Below are positions 40,574-50,948 of a stretch of DNA of 64,000 nucleotides, piece after piece (within the stretch, counting starts at the first letter, position 1; every line of letters starts with the position of its first letter). Below the pieces are notes generated by a model that was not told where the DNA came from, did not search any database, and was given only the letters and a program-made list of their open reading frames with translations. Made by a program: the position numbers and the translations under genes. Source of the stretch: a virus (taxonomy: Duplodnaviria > Heunggongvirae > Uroviricota > Caudoviricetes); IMG/VR virus record IMGVR_UViG_3300025896_000021. One strand, written 5' to 3'.

Positions 40574-41017
40574 ATGTTCATACTATCAATACTTCCCGAC
40601 TTTGTGCTACACTTAATTCTAATAGCAGGCATCTTAGGCACTATTGCAGGATTTGTGTTAGGGTTTATCCCCCTCATTAGAATGTATAAGCTACCCATTC
40701 AAATTTGTAGTTTGTTGATTCTGTCACTCGGGGTGTATTTAGAGGGAGGTCTTGCTAATGAACAAGAATGGCGACTTAAGGTGGCAGAAGTTGAAGCTAA
40801 GTTGGCAAAAGCAGAAGCGCAGTCTGCGGTTGAAAATGTAAAGATAGTAACTAAAGTCGTCAAACAGTTAGAGTTAGTTAGAACTCGCGGAAATGATATC
40901 GTGCAGTATGTTGACCGTGAGGTTACTAAGTATGACACATCTTGCCCTATACCTTCTGTAGTGATAAAAGCTCACAATGATGCTGTGTCTGACCCAAGAA
41001 CAAAGGATATCAAATGA
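40574..41017 (+). CDS. Rz-like i-spanin
   Basis: N-terminal TM, coiled coil, C-terminal Cys; adjacent lipoprotein. Confidence 0.65.
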   Translation: MFILSILPDFVLHLILIAGILGTIAGFVLGFIPLIRMYKLPIQICSLLILSLGVYLEGGLANEQEWRLKVAEVEAKLAKAEAQSAVENVKIVTKVVKQLELVRTRGNDIVQYVDREVTKYDTSCPIPSVVIKAHNDAVSDPRTKDIK

Positions 41018-41283
41018 AACATATATTGATCATTCTCTCCCTAATGCTAAGTGCATGTAGCACACCAGTGCCCATTTCTGCTAAATTTCCTGATGTTCCC
41101 CCACAGATAATGGAAAAATGCCCCCAACTGAAATCAATTGAGGGCGAAACGACTACTCTAAGTACTATCACCAAGACCGTTGTCGTTAACTATACTACAT
41201 ATTATGACTGTGCAGTTAAGATGGACGGTTGGATTGAGTGGTACAACGTTCAAAAAATCATATTTGAGAACGCCGGTAAGTAG
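41014..41283 (+). CDS. Rz1-like o-spanin lipoprotein
   Basis: Lipobox LSAC; Pro-rich; Cys residues. Confidence 0.7.
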   Translation: MKHILIILSLMLSACSTPVPISAKFPDVPPQIMEKCPQLKSIEGETTTLSTITKTVVVNYTTYYDCAVKMDGWIEWYNVQKIIFENAGK

Positions 41284-42096
41284 TTAATCAGCTTTACCGC
41301 ATTTAGCACGTTTAGCTTTAGTAAGCGCACCGAAGTCTACTTTCCACTCAGCACCTGGCTGTAACTCTGTTACACCTACAGGATAAGCGTAATTCACGTT
41401 GGCAGATTTTTCAATTTGTGCAATTGATACACGAAACTTAGTTAAGTCATTGCCCAAGTTAACATAGGGCTTGGTGTGCGGGAATCCCCATCCTGCAACT
41501 TCTTTGGTAGAGTTGTTTATTACAATCTTGTAGTATCCATGGGGCACAATAACACCCTTACCAATTGTTTCATCTCCGGCACCATACAATGCTCCAACAT
41601 AGATAGTGAACGGTTGATTCAATTGAACCGCCCATCCACGAACACTAGTCTCAAGTAGTTTCCAGATGCCACGATTCAATGAGCCATGTTGTGGGTACAT
41701 ATTAGTCATTAAAAACGATTCGTATTCGACTTGCTGAGTGTATGATAGATCACCGTCCGGCGCAGCGTGTCCTTTGTCGTAACCAGTGCCAGCATAATCA
41801 TCAGGTACTGCACCACCTTGAATTGATTTATCAGCTACAAAAGCATTAGTGCGGGGAAAGCAACCCAATGCATTAGCGGGTTGCAGTGTGTATGCTACAT
41901 AAACTGGAATCTTCACTGGTGCATCATATGCAACTAGATATGCTTCACGGCAGATTGGCATTGCTGTACGCTGAGTTTGCGCAAAGCCATATGGACTGTG
42001 AACAGCACATGCTTGTACTGGATTAGGGGCACGTTGGTCCCATGCGTGTGCGGATGCTGAAATGATTAACAACAATCCTAATAGAAATTTGTGCAT
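41284..42096 (-). CDS. Secreted DNA/RNA non-specific endonuclease (NucA/EndA-like)
   Basis: Signal peptide; GYDKGH, SF-x-x-TN-x-x-PQ, LNRGIW-x-x-LE. Confidence 0.9.
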   Translation of the reverse strand: MHKFLLGLLLIISASAHAWDQRAPNPVQACAVHSPYGFAQTQRTAMPICREAYLVAYDAPVKIPVYVAYTLQPANALGCFPRTNAFVADKSIQGGAVPDDYAGTGYDKGHAAPDGDLSYTQQVEYESFLMTNMYPQHGSLNRGIWKLLETSVRGWAVQLNQPFTIYVGALYGAGDETIGKGVIVPHGYYKIVINNSTKEVAGWGFPHTKPYVNLGNDLTKFRVSIAQIEKSANVNYAYPVGVTELQPGAEWKVDFGALTKAKRAKCGKAD

Positions 42097-42185
42097 AAAT
42101 GCTCCTTATATATGTATATATTTAGTCTGTAGCAAAATCAAAACGGTGTTGCCAACGATAAATATAGTATAATCGGAATACTTAC

Positions 42186-43028
42186 ATGGCGACAACCCTA
42201 CATATACTAGAAGTTATTGATATTGGTCTATTACCCAATGATGGCACCGGAGATCCATTGCGTGTTGCATTTGACAAGATCAATAACAACTTTGCTAGTA
42301 TCCCGCTACTAAATCAAGGTGGACCTAACGGCGCATTACAGTTCAATAATGCAGGATTAAGCGGAGGTATTGCTAACTTAACCATAGATGTAGAGCTTAA
42401 CCAAGTTAATATTGATACGAATATCATCCCTATCACTACTAACGTAGTTGAAATCGGGAGTGATGAAAAGCGTGTCGCTAATGTATGGCTGAGTAAACTT
42501 GATTCATTGCACATAGGTAATGTAGGTGTTAGTGAAAACTTTAATGTATTAAGTTTCTATCAAAACTCTAATAGATTTGTAGCAACCGACTTACAAGTAG
42601 GTAACATTTACGCTACCGGTGACTTATTTGCAATCGGTAATGTTACTAGTACTGGTAGTATGGAAGTCAATGGTGGTATCGGACTTAATGGTGGTATTAC
42701 AATTAACTCATCAAATGTAACAACACAGACTAACACTGCTAATCAAGTGATATACGAATTGCCCCAAGGTACTTTTAGCACTATTCGCTTTCAAATATCA
42801 TCCTCTGCGATTGACACGAATGATAGTCAAACAGCTACAATCACAGTAACCAAACGCAATGACGGAATCAGGGCCCAGCACAATGTATTCGGTACAGTGT
42901 TTATAGGCAATGCAGTAACTCGTTATAATATTGACATTGCGTATGGTAATCTCAGACTAATGGTGTCTCCGATCCCTAATATTCCAATGATACATTTATT
43001 TTCTTATCAATCGGACAAAGAAGTATGA
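42186..43028 (+). CDS. Virion protein with gp9/gp10-like N-terminus
   Basis: NDGTGDPLRVAFDKINNNF. Confidence 0.65.
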   Translation: MATTLHILEVIDIGLLPNDGTGDPLRVAFDKINNNFASIPLLNQGGPNGALQFNNAGLSGGIANLTIDVELNQVNIDTNIIPITTNVVEIGSDEKRVANVWLSKLDSLHIGNVGVSENFNVLSFYQNSNRFVATDLQVGNIYATGDLFAIGNVTSTGSMEVNGGIGLNGGITINSSNVTTQTNTANQVIYELPQGTFSTIRFQISSSAIDTNDSQTATITVTKRNDGIRAQHNVFGTVFIGNAVTRYNIDIAYGNLRLMVSPIPNIPMIHLFSYQSDKEV

Positions 43029-43411
43029 GAGCAAACGAATTCATCACTGAAGTAAAAGCCGGCCCTGTTGGGAAACGTAGACAAAATGCTACCAAGGGTC
43101 TGAACACATACGGCGACGGTGAACATATAAGCGGAGACTACACTTCATACCGCTTGGGCATGGCTGTTGCTGGCGCAGATGGTAAAACTCCACCGGACAT
43201 TGATGCAAAAAGTTGGATAGGTAAATCTAAATCAACTCATCCTTATACTAAGGAAGAACAAGATATGCTTAAACATGCATACGCAGCAGTTGGTGCAAAA
43301 TATCAAGATTTAAACAACGGTGATATGCGTAGTATGGAACCCGAAGATACTCACAAAACTAGCCCAATGATGGGGTTCAGTGGGTACGAAAAGAAATCTA
43401 AGAAAAAATAA
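43025..43411 (+). CDS. Putative internal head protein
   Basis: N-terminus MRANEFITE resembles the T4 capsid-targeting sequence MKTYQEFIAE. Confidence 0.55.
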   Translation: MRANEFITEVKAGPVGKRRQNATKGLNTYGDGEHISGDYTSYRLGMAVAGADGKTPPDIDAKSWIGKSKSTHPYTKEEQDMLKHAYAAVGAKYQDLNNGDMRSMEPEDTHKTSPMMGFSGYEKKSKKK

Positions 43412-43441
43412 ATCACCGTAGTTTTGCTGATAAGTAAAACT

Positions 43442-44149
43442 ATGATCGACATTAACCATACCCTAGATTTACTCAAGCTAAAGTTTTACAACGAATGGCT
43501 TTACACTGCACACCTTTATGACGAGGGTGATGCAGCATTTCACAAGCAACTAACTATTCAAATGGTCAATACATATATTGATCCGTTAAATCTACCAAAA
43601 GACGCATTGATATTAGATATGGGTTGCGGCCCTGGCTACTTTTTAGATGAAATGAAAGAACGTGGTTACACTAATTGTGTCGGAGTTACACTAAGTCCAG
43701 TTGATACTAAGATTTGTACTGATAAAGGGCACACTGTGAAGAACTATGATATGTCCTTCATTCCTCAAGTTGACGGGTACTATGACGAAAGTGTAGACTT
43801 TATCTGGGCTAGACATTCATTAGAACACAGTCCGTACCCTATCATCACGTTAGCTGAATACAACCGATTATTAAAATTGAAGGGTAAAATGTATGTTGAA
43901 GTTCCTGCTCCGGATACTGAACGTAAGCACGAATACAATCTAAATCACTATAGTGTGTTAGGAATCCAGCAATGGGATGCACTATTAAAACGCACCGGGT
44001 TTACGGTTGAAGTATGCAATACAATTGATTTTGACGTACAGATGCCCGCAGATCCAGCTAAATCAGGACCTGATGATGAAAGAATTACAATGAAAGAAAA
44101 ATTCTTTGTTATGATGACACATAAGCAATGTCCACTTGATATCAAGTAA
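43442..44149 (+). CDS. Class I SAM-dependent methyltransferase
   Basis: LDMGCGPG; RHSLEH. Confidence 0.85.
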   Translation: MIDINHTLDLLKLKFYNEWLYTAHLYDEGDAAFHKQLTIQMVNTYIDPLNLPKDALILDMGCGPGYFLDEMKERGYTNCVGVTLSPVDTKICTDKGHTVKNYDMSFIPQVDGYYDESVDFIWARHSLEHSPYPIITLAEYNRLLKLKGKMYVEVPAPDTERKHEYNLNHYSVLGIQQWDALLKRTGFTVEVCNTIDFDVQMPADPAKSGPDDERITMKEKFFVMMTHKQCPLDIK

Positions 44150-44166
44150 TTCAGATAAATACATAC

Positions 44167-44448
44167 ATGACGTTTGATGTATGGAAACAAGCTAAAATAC
44201 AGAACGGTCTTGCAAAACTCAAGACCGTTCCTACACGTCAGGAAAACACTGACACTACCCTAGAAGATTTAAAGAAATTAAGTGGAATAACTCAGCAAGT
44301 TATAGGGGAAGAAAGTAATATCAGCATTACCGGAAATGAAAAAGCTCGGTTAATGAAAGAGCACAATATCAAGCCCGGAACTGATGAATGGTTTCAACTA
44401 TGGTTTTCAAGACCATATCTAACCGGCGAAAAGCCAGTAGGAAAATAA
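44167..44448 (+). CDS. Hypothetical protein
   Basis: NIKPGTDEWFQLWF; late promoter upstream. Confidence 0.7.
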   Translation: MTFDVWKQAKIQNGLAKLKTVPTRQENTDTTLEDLKKLSGITQQVIGEESNISITGNEKARLMKEHNIKPGTDEWFQLWFSRPYLTGEKPVGK

Positions 44449-44449
44449 T

Positions 44450-44641
44450 ATGGCAGCTAACGGAATATCAACAGAAGTAGGCGCTAACGCAGCAGCTACT
44501 AAACTAAAGCGTAAGAATGACAAACTTGCGTTAGCTAAAACTAAACGCCAAGCAGTAGGTACACCCGGATATCGCCAATATAACAAATATACTAGTCCTG
44601 GCACAGTCGCCCCCGCTACCGGCCGACCCTGGACAAAGTAA
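44450..44641 (+). CDS. Small basic hypothetical protein
   Basis: AGGA RBS; MAANGIST...GRPW. Confidence 0.65.
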   Translation: MAANGISTEVGANAAATKLKRKNDKLALAKTKRQAVGTPGYRQYNKYTSPGTVAPATGRPWTK

Positions 44642-44671
44642 TCGGGGTCAGTAGATCCAAATAAATACGTT

Positions 44672-46240
44672 ATGGCAAAACCCCCTACACCTATTAGTAA
44701 CGCCCCGACGTTGGTCAAGAACCCGTACATTAAGACGCAATTCAGAAACGAAACAGAATTAAACGACTTCATTAAATGTTGTGATCCTGAAACGGGTTAT
44801 CTATATTTTATGGATAACTTCTTTATGATTCAGCACCCGACTAAGGGTAGCATGGTCTATCACCCTTGGGATTATCAAAGACGATTGATAGAAACATATC
44901 ACAAGTATCGTTATTCAATCTCATTGATGCCACGACAGTCAGGTAAGTCAACGTCAGCAGCAGGATACTTGCTTTGGTACGCTATGTTCGTACCCGACTC
45001 AACGATATTAATTGCAGCACACAAGTACACAGGTGCTCAAGAAATTATGCAGCGTATTCGTTATGCATACGAGAACTGTCCTGATCACATTAAAGCAGGG
45101 GTAACTACATACAACAAAGGCTCATTAGACTTTGAAAATGGATCACGTATTGTTTCAGCAACTACTACTGAAAATACAGGTCGTGGTATGTCTATCACAC
45201 TTCTATACTTAGATGAGTTCGCATTCGTGCGTCCCTCAATTGCAAAAGAGTTCTGGACTGCTATCACTCCTACATTGTCAACCGGTGGTAAAGCTATTAT
45301 CACTAGCACACCTAACTCAGACGAAGATCAATTTGCGTTCATTTGGAAGGGTGCTAATAAGTGTGAAGACGAATACGGCAATCCTACTGAATTGGGCGTT
45401 AACGGATTCAAGTCATATAGAGCATATTGGCCAGAGCAACCCGGCCGGGATGAACAGTGGGCCAAAGAAATGCAAGCTCAATTGGGAGAAGATCGTTTTA
45501 GGCGAGAAATTGGATGTGAGTTCATTATTGCTGATGAAACACTTATCAATCCAAGTACTCTTATTGATTTAGCAGGCATTGAGCCTATTCACCGTATTGG
45601 ACAGATTCGCTGGTATAAGCGGCCTACTAAAGGCAGTGTATACGCCGTCAGTCTTGATCCATCATTGGGTACAGGTAGTGATCCTGCTGCAATTCAGATA
45701 TTCGAAGCAAACACTACTACGCAAGTTGGTGAGTGGAAGCACAATAAGACAGATATTCCTAGTCAGATCAAGTTACTAGCACAAATTACTAAGTACATTT
45801 CAGATTGTACCGGTGAACCAAACAGCATCTACTATTCAATAGAGAACAACAGCATTGGTGAAGCTGCATTAGTGTCATTGAATGAGTATGGTGAAAGCAA
45901 TATTCAGGGAATTTTCATTAGTGAGCCCGGAAAAAAGCGCAAAGGGTTCACTACAACTAATAAGAGCAAACTTGCAGCTTGTGCTAAATTTAAAACATTA
46001 GTTGAAAACAAGAAACTGACAATTCATAGTCATAGTTTGATTACTGAGTTAAAGTCATTCATTGCTAATGCGGGTAGCTACGCTGCTAAGATAGGAGAAA
46101 CTGACGATTTAGTTATGGCCTCTTTACTTGCAATCAGGGTTATCCAACAATTGAGTGAATATCATAGCGGATTGGACAGTCATATGCGTGACCATGAAGA
46201 ATTCATAGCTCCATTACCCTTCTTTGCGGTACTGGGTTAA
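44672..46240 (+). CDS. Terminase large subunit (gp17-like)
   Basis: PRQSGKS Walker A, YLDEFAF, TSTPN, E-x-N-x-x-G, DDLVMA. Confidence 0.95.
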   Translation: MAKPPTPISNAPTLVKNPYIKTQFRNETELNDFIKCCDPETGYLYFMDNFFMIQHPTKGSMVYHPWDYQRRLIETYHKYRYSISLMPRQSGKSTSAAGYLLWYAMFVPDSTILIAAHKYTGAQEIMQRIRYAYENCPDHIKAGVTTYNKGSLDFENGSRIVSATTTENTGRGMSITLLYLDEFAFVRPSIAKEFWTAITPTLSTGGKAIITSTPNSDEDQFAFIWKGANKCEDEYGNPTELGVNGFKSYRAYWPEQPGRDEQWAKEMQAQLGEDRFRREIGCEFIIADETLINPSTLIDLAGIEPIHRIGQIRWYKRPTKGSVYAVSLDPSLGTGSDPAAIQIFEANTTTQVGEWKHNKTDIPSQIKLLAQITKYISDCTGEPNSIYYSIENNSIGEAALVSLNEYGESNIQGIFISEPGKKRKGFTTTNKSKLAACAKFKTLVENKKLTIHSHSLITELKSFIANAGSYAAKIGETDDLVMASLLAIRVIQQLSEYHSGLDSHMRDHEEFIAPLPFFAVLG

Positions 46241-46262
46241 TATAATTTAAGATAAATACACT

Positions 46263-48152
46263 ATGTCAAAAAAACAAGAAAGCCTAAGGGCAGAATTAAG
46301 AAACATTCTTAGCAGGGGCGGCCGCTCTGTTATCAGCAAATCCAGTGATGGTAAAGCAGTTCCTGTACCTGAAGAAGCAGAAGTATTTGAAATTGACTTT
46401 GTTAAAGACGGTGAAAGTTACGGTAAAGTCTATGTATCAATTGACGGATTACATCAACTTATTGTTTATTTTGACGACAAAGTAGCAAATAGTCCCAAGA
46501 ACGGTTCAGCCGACAGCGAATCATGGGAACAATTAGTTAGAACACTAAAGAGATTCGCTATGATGAAACAACTTAGTTTCAAACTAGAAGATTTAGATAA
46601 TTTGGAAAACGATATGGCAAAAAGAGAACACACAAAGAAGCAAGAAACAATGTACGAAGGTTATCATGCTCAGGGCAAGAAGGCCAGCTATAGCGACACT
46701 GTCCCTACAACTAAGATGATTATCAAGCATAAGCGTAACATGGAAGAAGGTGAACAGCGATTCCGTCAAATTGACAAAATCTTTATTGAAAACTCAATTG
46801 GTGAAAGAGCACTAGCACCAACTGACAAGCCTGGATTGGCACGTGTGTTCGCAAGACACATTGCAGAAGGTGGAAAAGCTAACGATGACCGTTGGAATCA
46901 TATCTCTGGTTTATGTGAAGAATACGGTAAGATGGCAGGATTTGTTCGTGCTACTCGTAATAATCAATTCAATGAATCAGCACAAAAATTAGTAACTGAA
47001 GGCATCAATCACTATCAGAAACTACGTGAATGTTTAGGCAAGATGTCAGGTAAGCGTGGCTACAACAATTACTTTGAAAGCTATACTCCATCATTGATGG
47101 AAGATGAAGACAGTGTTGACTTAAGCGAAATGTTCATGTCTAGCAGTTTAGACCCTCGCATTGAAAGTGTAATGCCAATATTAAGTAAGTTAAGCAAGCA
47201 CATCAGTGAAACAAGTGAAATGGCTGAGACTATTGCATTAGAAGAATGGGCAGACGATATCATCGGAGACTCACCAAAAGCAGCAACTAAAAGTAACAAG
47301 CCATCTGACAAAGAAGTTGCAAAGCGTATGCATGCCATTCTTAGTAAGGGCAAAGAAGAAGTAGAAGAAATGGACTCACAAGGTTATACTGGTAGCCGTG
47401 ATGGTGGTGACCCTGATGCTGGCAAGAAAGAACATTACGGCAAAATGGCTAAGCCAGGTGATGTTGTCAAGCAAGGTGTAAGTAGTCTAAACAAAGCTAT
47501 GAGTTCTGCAAGACCATCTGATAAAGAAGTTGCCAAAAAGATGCATAGCATTTTAAGCAAAGGCAAAAAGGATGTAGCGGAAGAACAAGTTAATGAACTA
47601 AGCAAAGGTACACTGAAGTCTTACTCAAAATCAGCGGGCCAAGATGTACACGCTGACCAACGTGACGCAGGTGGCGCAAGAGACCAAGCTGCCCATAGCA
47701 AGAAGCACGGTGATGTCAAGCAAAGTGCAGCATGGAAAGATGAAGCTGAATGGTTAGACAAACGTGCTGAAAAACGTGCCGGCGGTGTTGCCAGGGCAAC
47801 TACTAAGATTGCGCAAAAAGGTGTGGCAGAAGACACCGAAGAAGAATTATCTGACTTGTCTAAAATCAAAACTGCAAAGCTACAACAATTACATGCGCTA
47901 CATAGTCATTATGGACAAACTGATCCACGTAGTAAATCAGCAGCACAGCGAGGTGCAGCAGAACTAAAAAGACGCGGGATAATTGTCCCCGGTGATAAGG
48001 AAGGTGTAGCAGAGGACCTAGATTCAGGGCAAAAAAGAGCAGGACAGTTCAGCCCGAAAGATGCTTATGCTAAGCCAGGTAGCTTAGTTGGTACAAACGA
48101 AAGCAGTGACCCATTAGATCGTATAAAACAGATAATGAATCATCGCAGATAA
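46263..48152 (+). CDS. Putative prohead core or internal protein with repeated cleavage-like sites
   Basis: Repeated GVAE/DVAEE/VEE; duplicated PSDKEVAK-x-MH-x-ILSKGK. Confidence 0.5.
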   Translation: MSKKQESLRAELRNILSRGGRSVISKSSDGKAVPVPEEAEVFEIDFVKDGESYGKVYVSIDGLHQLIVYFDDKVANSPKNGSADSESWEQLVRTLKRFAMMKQLSFKLEDLDNLENDMAKREHTKKQETMYEGYHAQGKKASYSDTVPTTKMIIKHKRNMEEGEQRFRQIDKIFIENSIGERALAPTDKPGLARVFARHIAEGGKANDDRWNHISGLCEEYGKMAGFVRATRNNQFNESAQKLVTEGINHYQKLRECLGKMSGKRGYNNYFESYTPSLMEDEDSVDLSEMFMSSSLDPRIESVMPILSKLSKHISETSEMAETIALEEWADDIIGDSPKAATKSNKPSDKEVAKRMHAILSKGKEEVEEMDSQGYTGSRDGGDPDAGKKEHYGKMAKPGDVVKQGVSSLNKAMSSARPSDKEVAKKMHSILSKGKKDVAEEQVNELSKGTLKSYSKSAGQDVHADQRDAGGARDQAAHSKKHGDVKQSAAWKDEAEWLDKRAEKRAGGVARATTKIAQKGVAEDTEEELSDLSKIKTAKLQQLHALHSHYGQTDPRSKSAAQRGAAELKRRGIIVPGDKEGVAEDLDSGQKRAGQFSPKDAYAKPGSLVGTNESSDPLDRIKQIMNHRR

Positions 48153-48159
48153 AGGGTTA

Positions 48160-48186
48160 AAAAACCGCATTTAATTATGCGGTTTC
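48160..48186 (+). terminator. Stem-loop/terminator
   Basis: AAACCGCAT...ATGCGGTTT. Confidence 0.6.
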
Positions 48187-48207
48187 CCACATCCGTGATA
48201 AATACTC

Positions 48208-48235
48208 TTGACATTAGAGAAAAGTATGTTATACT
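48208..48235 (+). promoter_or_regulatory. Sigma70 promoter for gp32, preceded by late motif GATAAATA
   Basis: TTGACA-N16-TATACT. Confidence 0.65.
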
Positions 48236-48314
48236 ATCTCATATGTTAGTTGCTTCATGGTGAAGCAGCGAATATTAAAACAGACTCCAAGTCAATGAAA
48301 TAAGGAAATTTATT

Positions 48315-49331
48315 ATGGCATCTTTAGCAGAAATCCGCGCTCGTATTGCAGCGCAAGAAAACAAATCAAATTCTGGTTCTTCTCAACAATCAGACAACTC
48401 AGTTTACCCCCACTGGAATATGGATGAAGGCACTACAGCTAGTCTACGTATCCTACCTGATGGTAATGCAAGCAACACCTTCTTCTGGGTTGAAAAACAA
48501 ATCATCAAACTCCCATTCAACGGAGTAAAAGGTGAATCAGGTATGAAGCAAGTTATCGTTCAGGTTCCTTGTGTTGAAATGTACAACGATGGTTCAGTAT
48601 GTCCTATCTTGGCAGAAGTTCGCCCTTGGTACAAGGATGAGACACTGAAAGAAATGGCTAACAAGTATTGGAAGAAGCGTTCTTACTTGTTTCAAGGTTT
48701 TGTTCGTCAGAACCCAATCGGTGATGACAAGCAACCAGCGAACCCAATTCGTCGTTTTGTTATCTCTCCTCAAATCTTCACTGTTATCAAGTCTAGCTTG
48801 ATGGACCCAGAGATGGAAGAATTGCCAACTGACTACATGCGTGGTCTTGACTTTAACGTTAAGAAGACTACTAAAGGTGGTTATGCTGACTACTCAACTT
48901 CAACATGGGCTCGTAAAGAATCCGCATTGACTGACGCAGAAGCAGCAGCAATTGAAAGTTTCGGCTTGCACAATCTAAATGACTTCTTGCCTAAGAAGCC
49001 GGGTGAAGCTGAACTGCGTGTGATGAAAGAAATGTTTGAAGCAAGTGTTGATGGTCAACCGTTTGACAATCAACGTTGGGGCAACTACTATCGTCCATAT
49101 GGGCTAGAAGCGCCCGGTGGCTCTGCACCTTCAGCAGCAGCTCCAGCAGCACCGTCTGCACCAGCAGCAGCATCAGCACCTGTAGCAGAATCTGCTCCTT
49201 GGGAAGATGATGTAGCAGCAGCAGAAAAGTCTTTCAGTAACCCAATTGAAATTCCAAAATCAGCTCCAAGCAGCGATAAAGCACAAGACATTCTTGCAAT
49301 GATTCGTGCTCGTCAAAACAAGCCTGCGTAA
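48315..49331 (+). CDS. Single-stranded DNA-binding protein (gp32-like)
   Basis: R-x-LP, C...CP, KKRSY, YADYSTS; Ala/Pro-rich tail; next to uvsX. Confidence 0.85.
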   Translation: MASLAEIRARIAAQENKSNSGSSQQSDNSVYPHWNMDEGTTASLRILPDGNASNTFFWVEKQIIKLPFNGVKGESGMKQVIVQVPCVEMYNDGSVCPILAEVRPWYKDETLKEMANKYWKKRSYLFQGFVRQNPIGDDKQPANPIRRFVISPQIFTVIKSSLMDPEMEELPTDYMRGLDFNVKKTTKGGYADYSTSTWARKESALTDAEAAAIESFGLHNLNDFLPKKPGEAELRVMKEMFEASVDGQPFDNQRWGNYYRPYGLEAPGGSAPSAAAPAAPSAPAAASAPVAESAPWEDDVAAAEKSFSNPIEIPKSAPSSDKAQDILAMIRARQNKPA

Positions 49332-49338
49332 TTATAGT

Positions 49339-49364
49339 AGAGAACGGGAAACCGTTCTCTCTTT
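49339..49364 (+). terminator. Intrinsic terminator
   Basis: AGAGAACGG-GAAA-CCGTTCTCT. Confidence 0.75.
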
Positions 49365-49376
49365 AAGGAGAACAGT

Positions 49377-49613
49377 ATGACAATGCCAGACGAAAGATAC
49401 CGTGCTATCAAGCAAGGTAAAAAGTTATTGGAAGAACTATGTGATCCTGGTAAAACACCTAGAGTCCCTAGTATAGTTCGTGACCGAGCAAGGGGTGCAT
49501 TACGTCACTATCCTAACGATTGGGAGTTAGATGCAATGGCAGAAAAATGTCCCGATCTGCTTGATAAGCAGCCGTTTAGTATATACAATACACGGAACAC
49601 ATCAATTAAATGA
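49377..49613 (+). CDS. Small hypothetical protein (BPSL0761-like)
   Basis: MTMPDER...TPRVP...LRHYP. Confidence 0.65.
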   Translation: MTMPDERYRAIKQGKKLLEELCDPGKTPRVPSIVRDRARGALRHYPNDWELDAMAEKCPDLLDKQPFSIYNTRNTSIK

Positions 49614-49626
49614 AAGAGAGAATGTA

Positions 49627-50703
49627 ATGGCAAAACCTTTTGACGTTTCAAAATTTAGAAAAGAAATTACTAAGTCTATTGAAGGACTTAGTATCGGATA
49701 TAACGACCCAACTGATTGGGTCAGTACAGGGAATTATGGACTTAATTATCTTATCAGTGGTGATTTTAACAAAGGCGTGCCTCTTGGCAAAGTCACTGTA
49801 TTCGCTGGAGAATCTGGTTCGGGCAAGTCTTTCATTTGCTCAGGCAACTTGGTCCGACATGCGCAACAGCAAGGTATTTACGTTGTTTTAATTGACAGTG
49901 AAAATGCACTTGATGAAAAATGGTTGCATGACTTGGGTGTAGACACAAGTGAAACCAAATTGCTTAAGTTGAACATGGCTATGATTGACGATGTAGCAAA
50001 GACTATCAGTGAGTTTATGAAGTCATACAAAGTCTTGCCAGAAACAGACAAGCCTAAAGTATTGTTCATCATTGACAGCCTTGGAATGCTATTGACTCCA
50101 ACTGATGTGAATCAGTTTGAAGATGGTAACATGAAAGGTGACATGGGTCGTAAGCCTAAAGCACTGACAAGTCTTGTTCGTAATTGCGTGAACATGTTTG
50201 GTAGCCACAATGTTGGTCTAGTCGCAACTAATCACACATATGCATCACAAGATATGTTTGATCCAGATGACAAAATCTCTGGTGGTCAAGGCTTTGTGTA
50301 CGCAAGTTCTATCGTAGTCGCTATGAAGAAGTTGAAACTGAAAGAAGATGAAGACGGTAACAAAGTTGCAGAAGTAAACGGCATTCGTGCTGCTTGCAAG
50401 ATTATGAAAACTCGTTACGCTAAGCCTTTTGAAAGTATTCAAGTTAAGATTCCATACGAAACAGGTATGAGCCCCTACAGTGGTCTAACTGATATGCTTG
50501 AGAAATCAGGCGCATTGAAAAAAGAAGGCAATAGCTTAGTGTATGTAACCGAACACGGTGAGATTCTCAAAGCATTCCGTAAGGGTTGGGAAGCTAACAA
50601 AGACGGTTGCTTGGATAAAGTTATGCTAGAGTATACTGGTGCTACTAAGAGTAAAGTGAGTGCTGCAACTGCTGAGGCAGATGTAGAAGAGGTAGCAGAA
50701 TGA
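49627..50703 (+). CDS. uvsX: UvsX/RecA-like recombinase
   Basis: GESGSGKS, IDSE, IIDSLG, TNHTY, SGG. Confidence 0.93.
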   Translation: MAKPFDVSKFRKEITKSIEGLSIGYNDPTDWVSTGNYGLNYLISGDFNKGVPLGKVTVFAGESGSGKSFICSGNLVRHAQQQGIYVVLIDSENALDEKWLHDLGVDTSETKLLKLNMAMIDDVAKTISEFMKSYKVLPETDKPKVLFIIDSLGMLLTPTDVNQFEDGNMKGDMGRKPKALTSLVRNCVNMFGSHNVGLVATNHTYASQDMFDPDDKISGGQGFVYASSIVVAMKKLKLKEDEDGNKVAEVNGIRAACKIMKTRYAKPFESIQVKIPYETGMSPYSGLTDMLEKSGALKKEGNSLVYVTEHGEILKAFRKGWEANKDGCLDKVMLEYTGATKSKVSAATAEADVEEVAE

Positions 50704-50948
50704 AGTTAGATTTGATTACAGAAGTATGGGAAGTACTACGTGAACATATTGACCTGAATGATCGGGCTGATGCTGCTGATACTCTAGTCAATTTCTTGAT
50801 GGACAACAACTATGAGGTTGACGAAATCAAGGAATCATTCAAAGACAAAGATATCACTAAAGCTCTGAAGGGTTATGCTGAACAGCATTTCCAAGAAGAA
50901 GAATACGAAGAATACGACGAAGACTCCGACACAGACGAATGGAACTAA
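50700..50948 (+). CDS. Small acidic hypothetical protein
   Basis: ATGA overlap. Confidence 0.7.
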   Translation: MKLDLITEVWEVLREHIDLNDRADAADTLVNFLMDNNYEVDEIKESFKDKDITKALKGYAEQHFQEEEYEEYDEDSDTDEWN

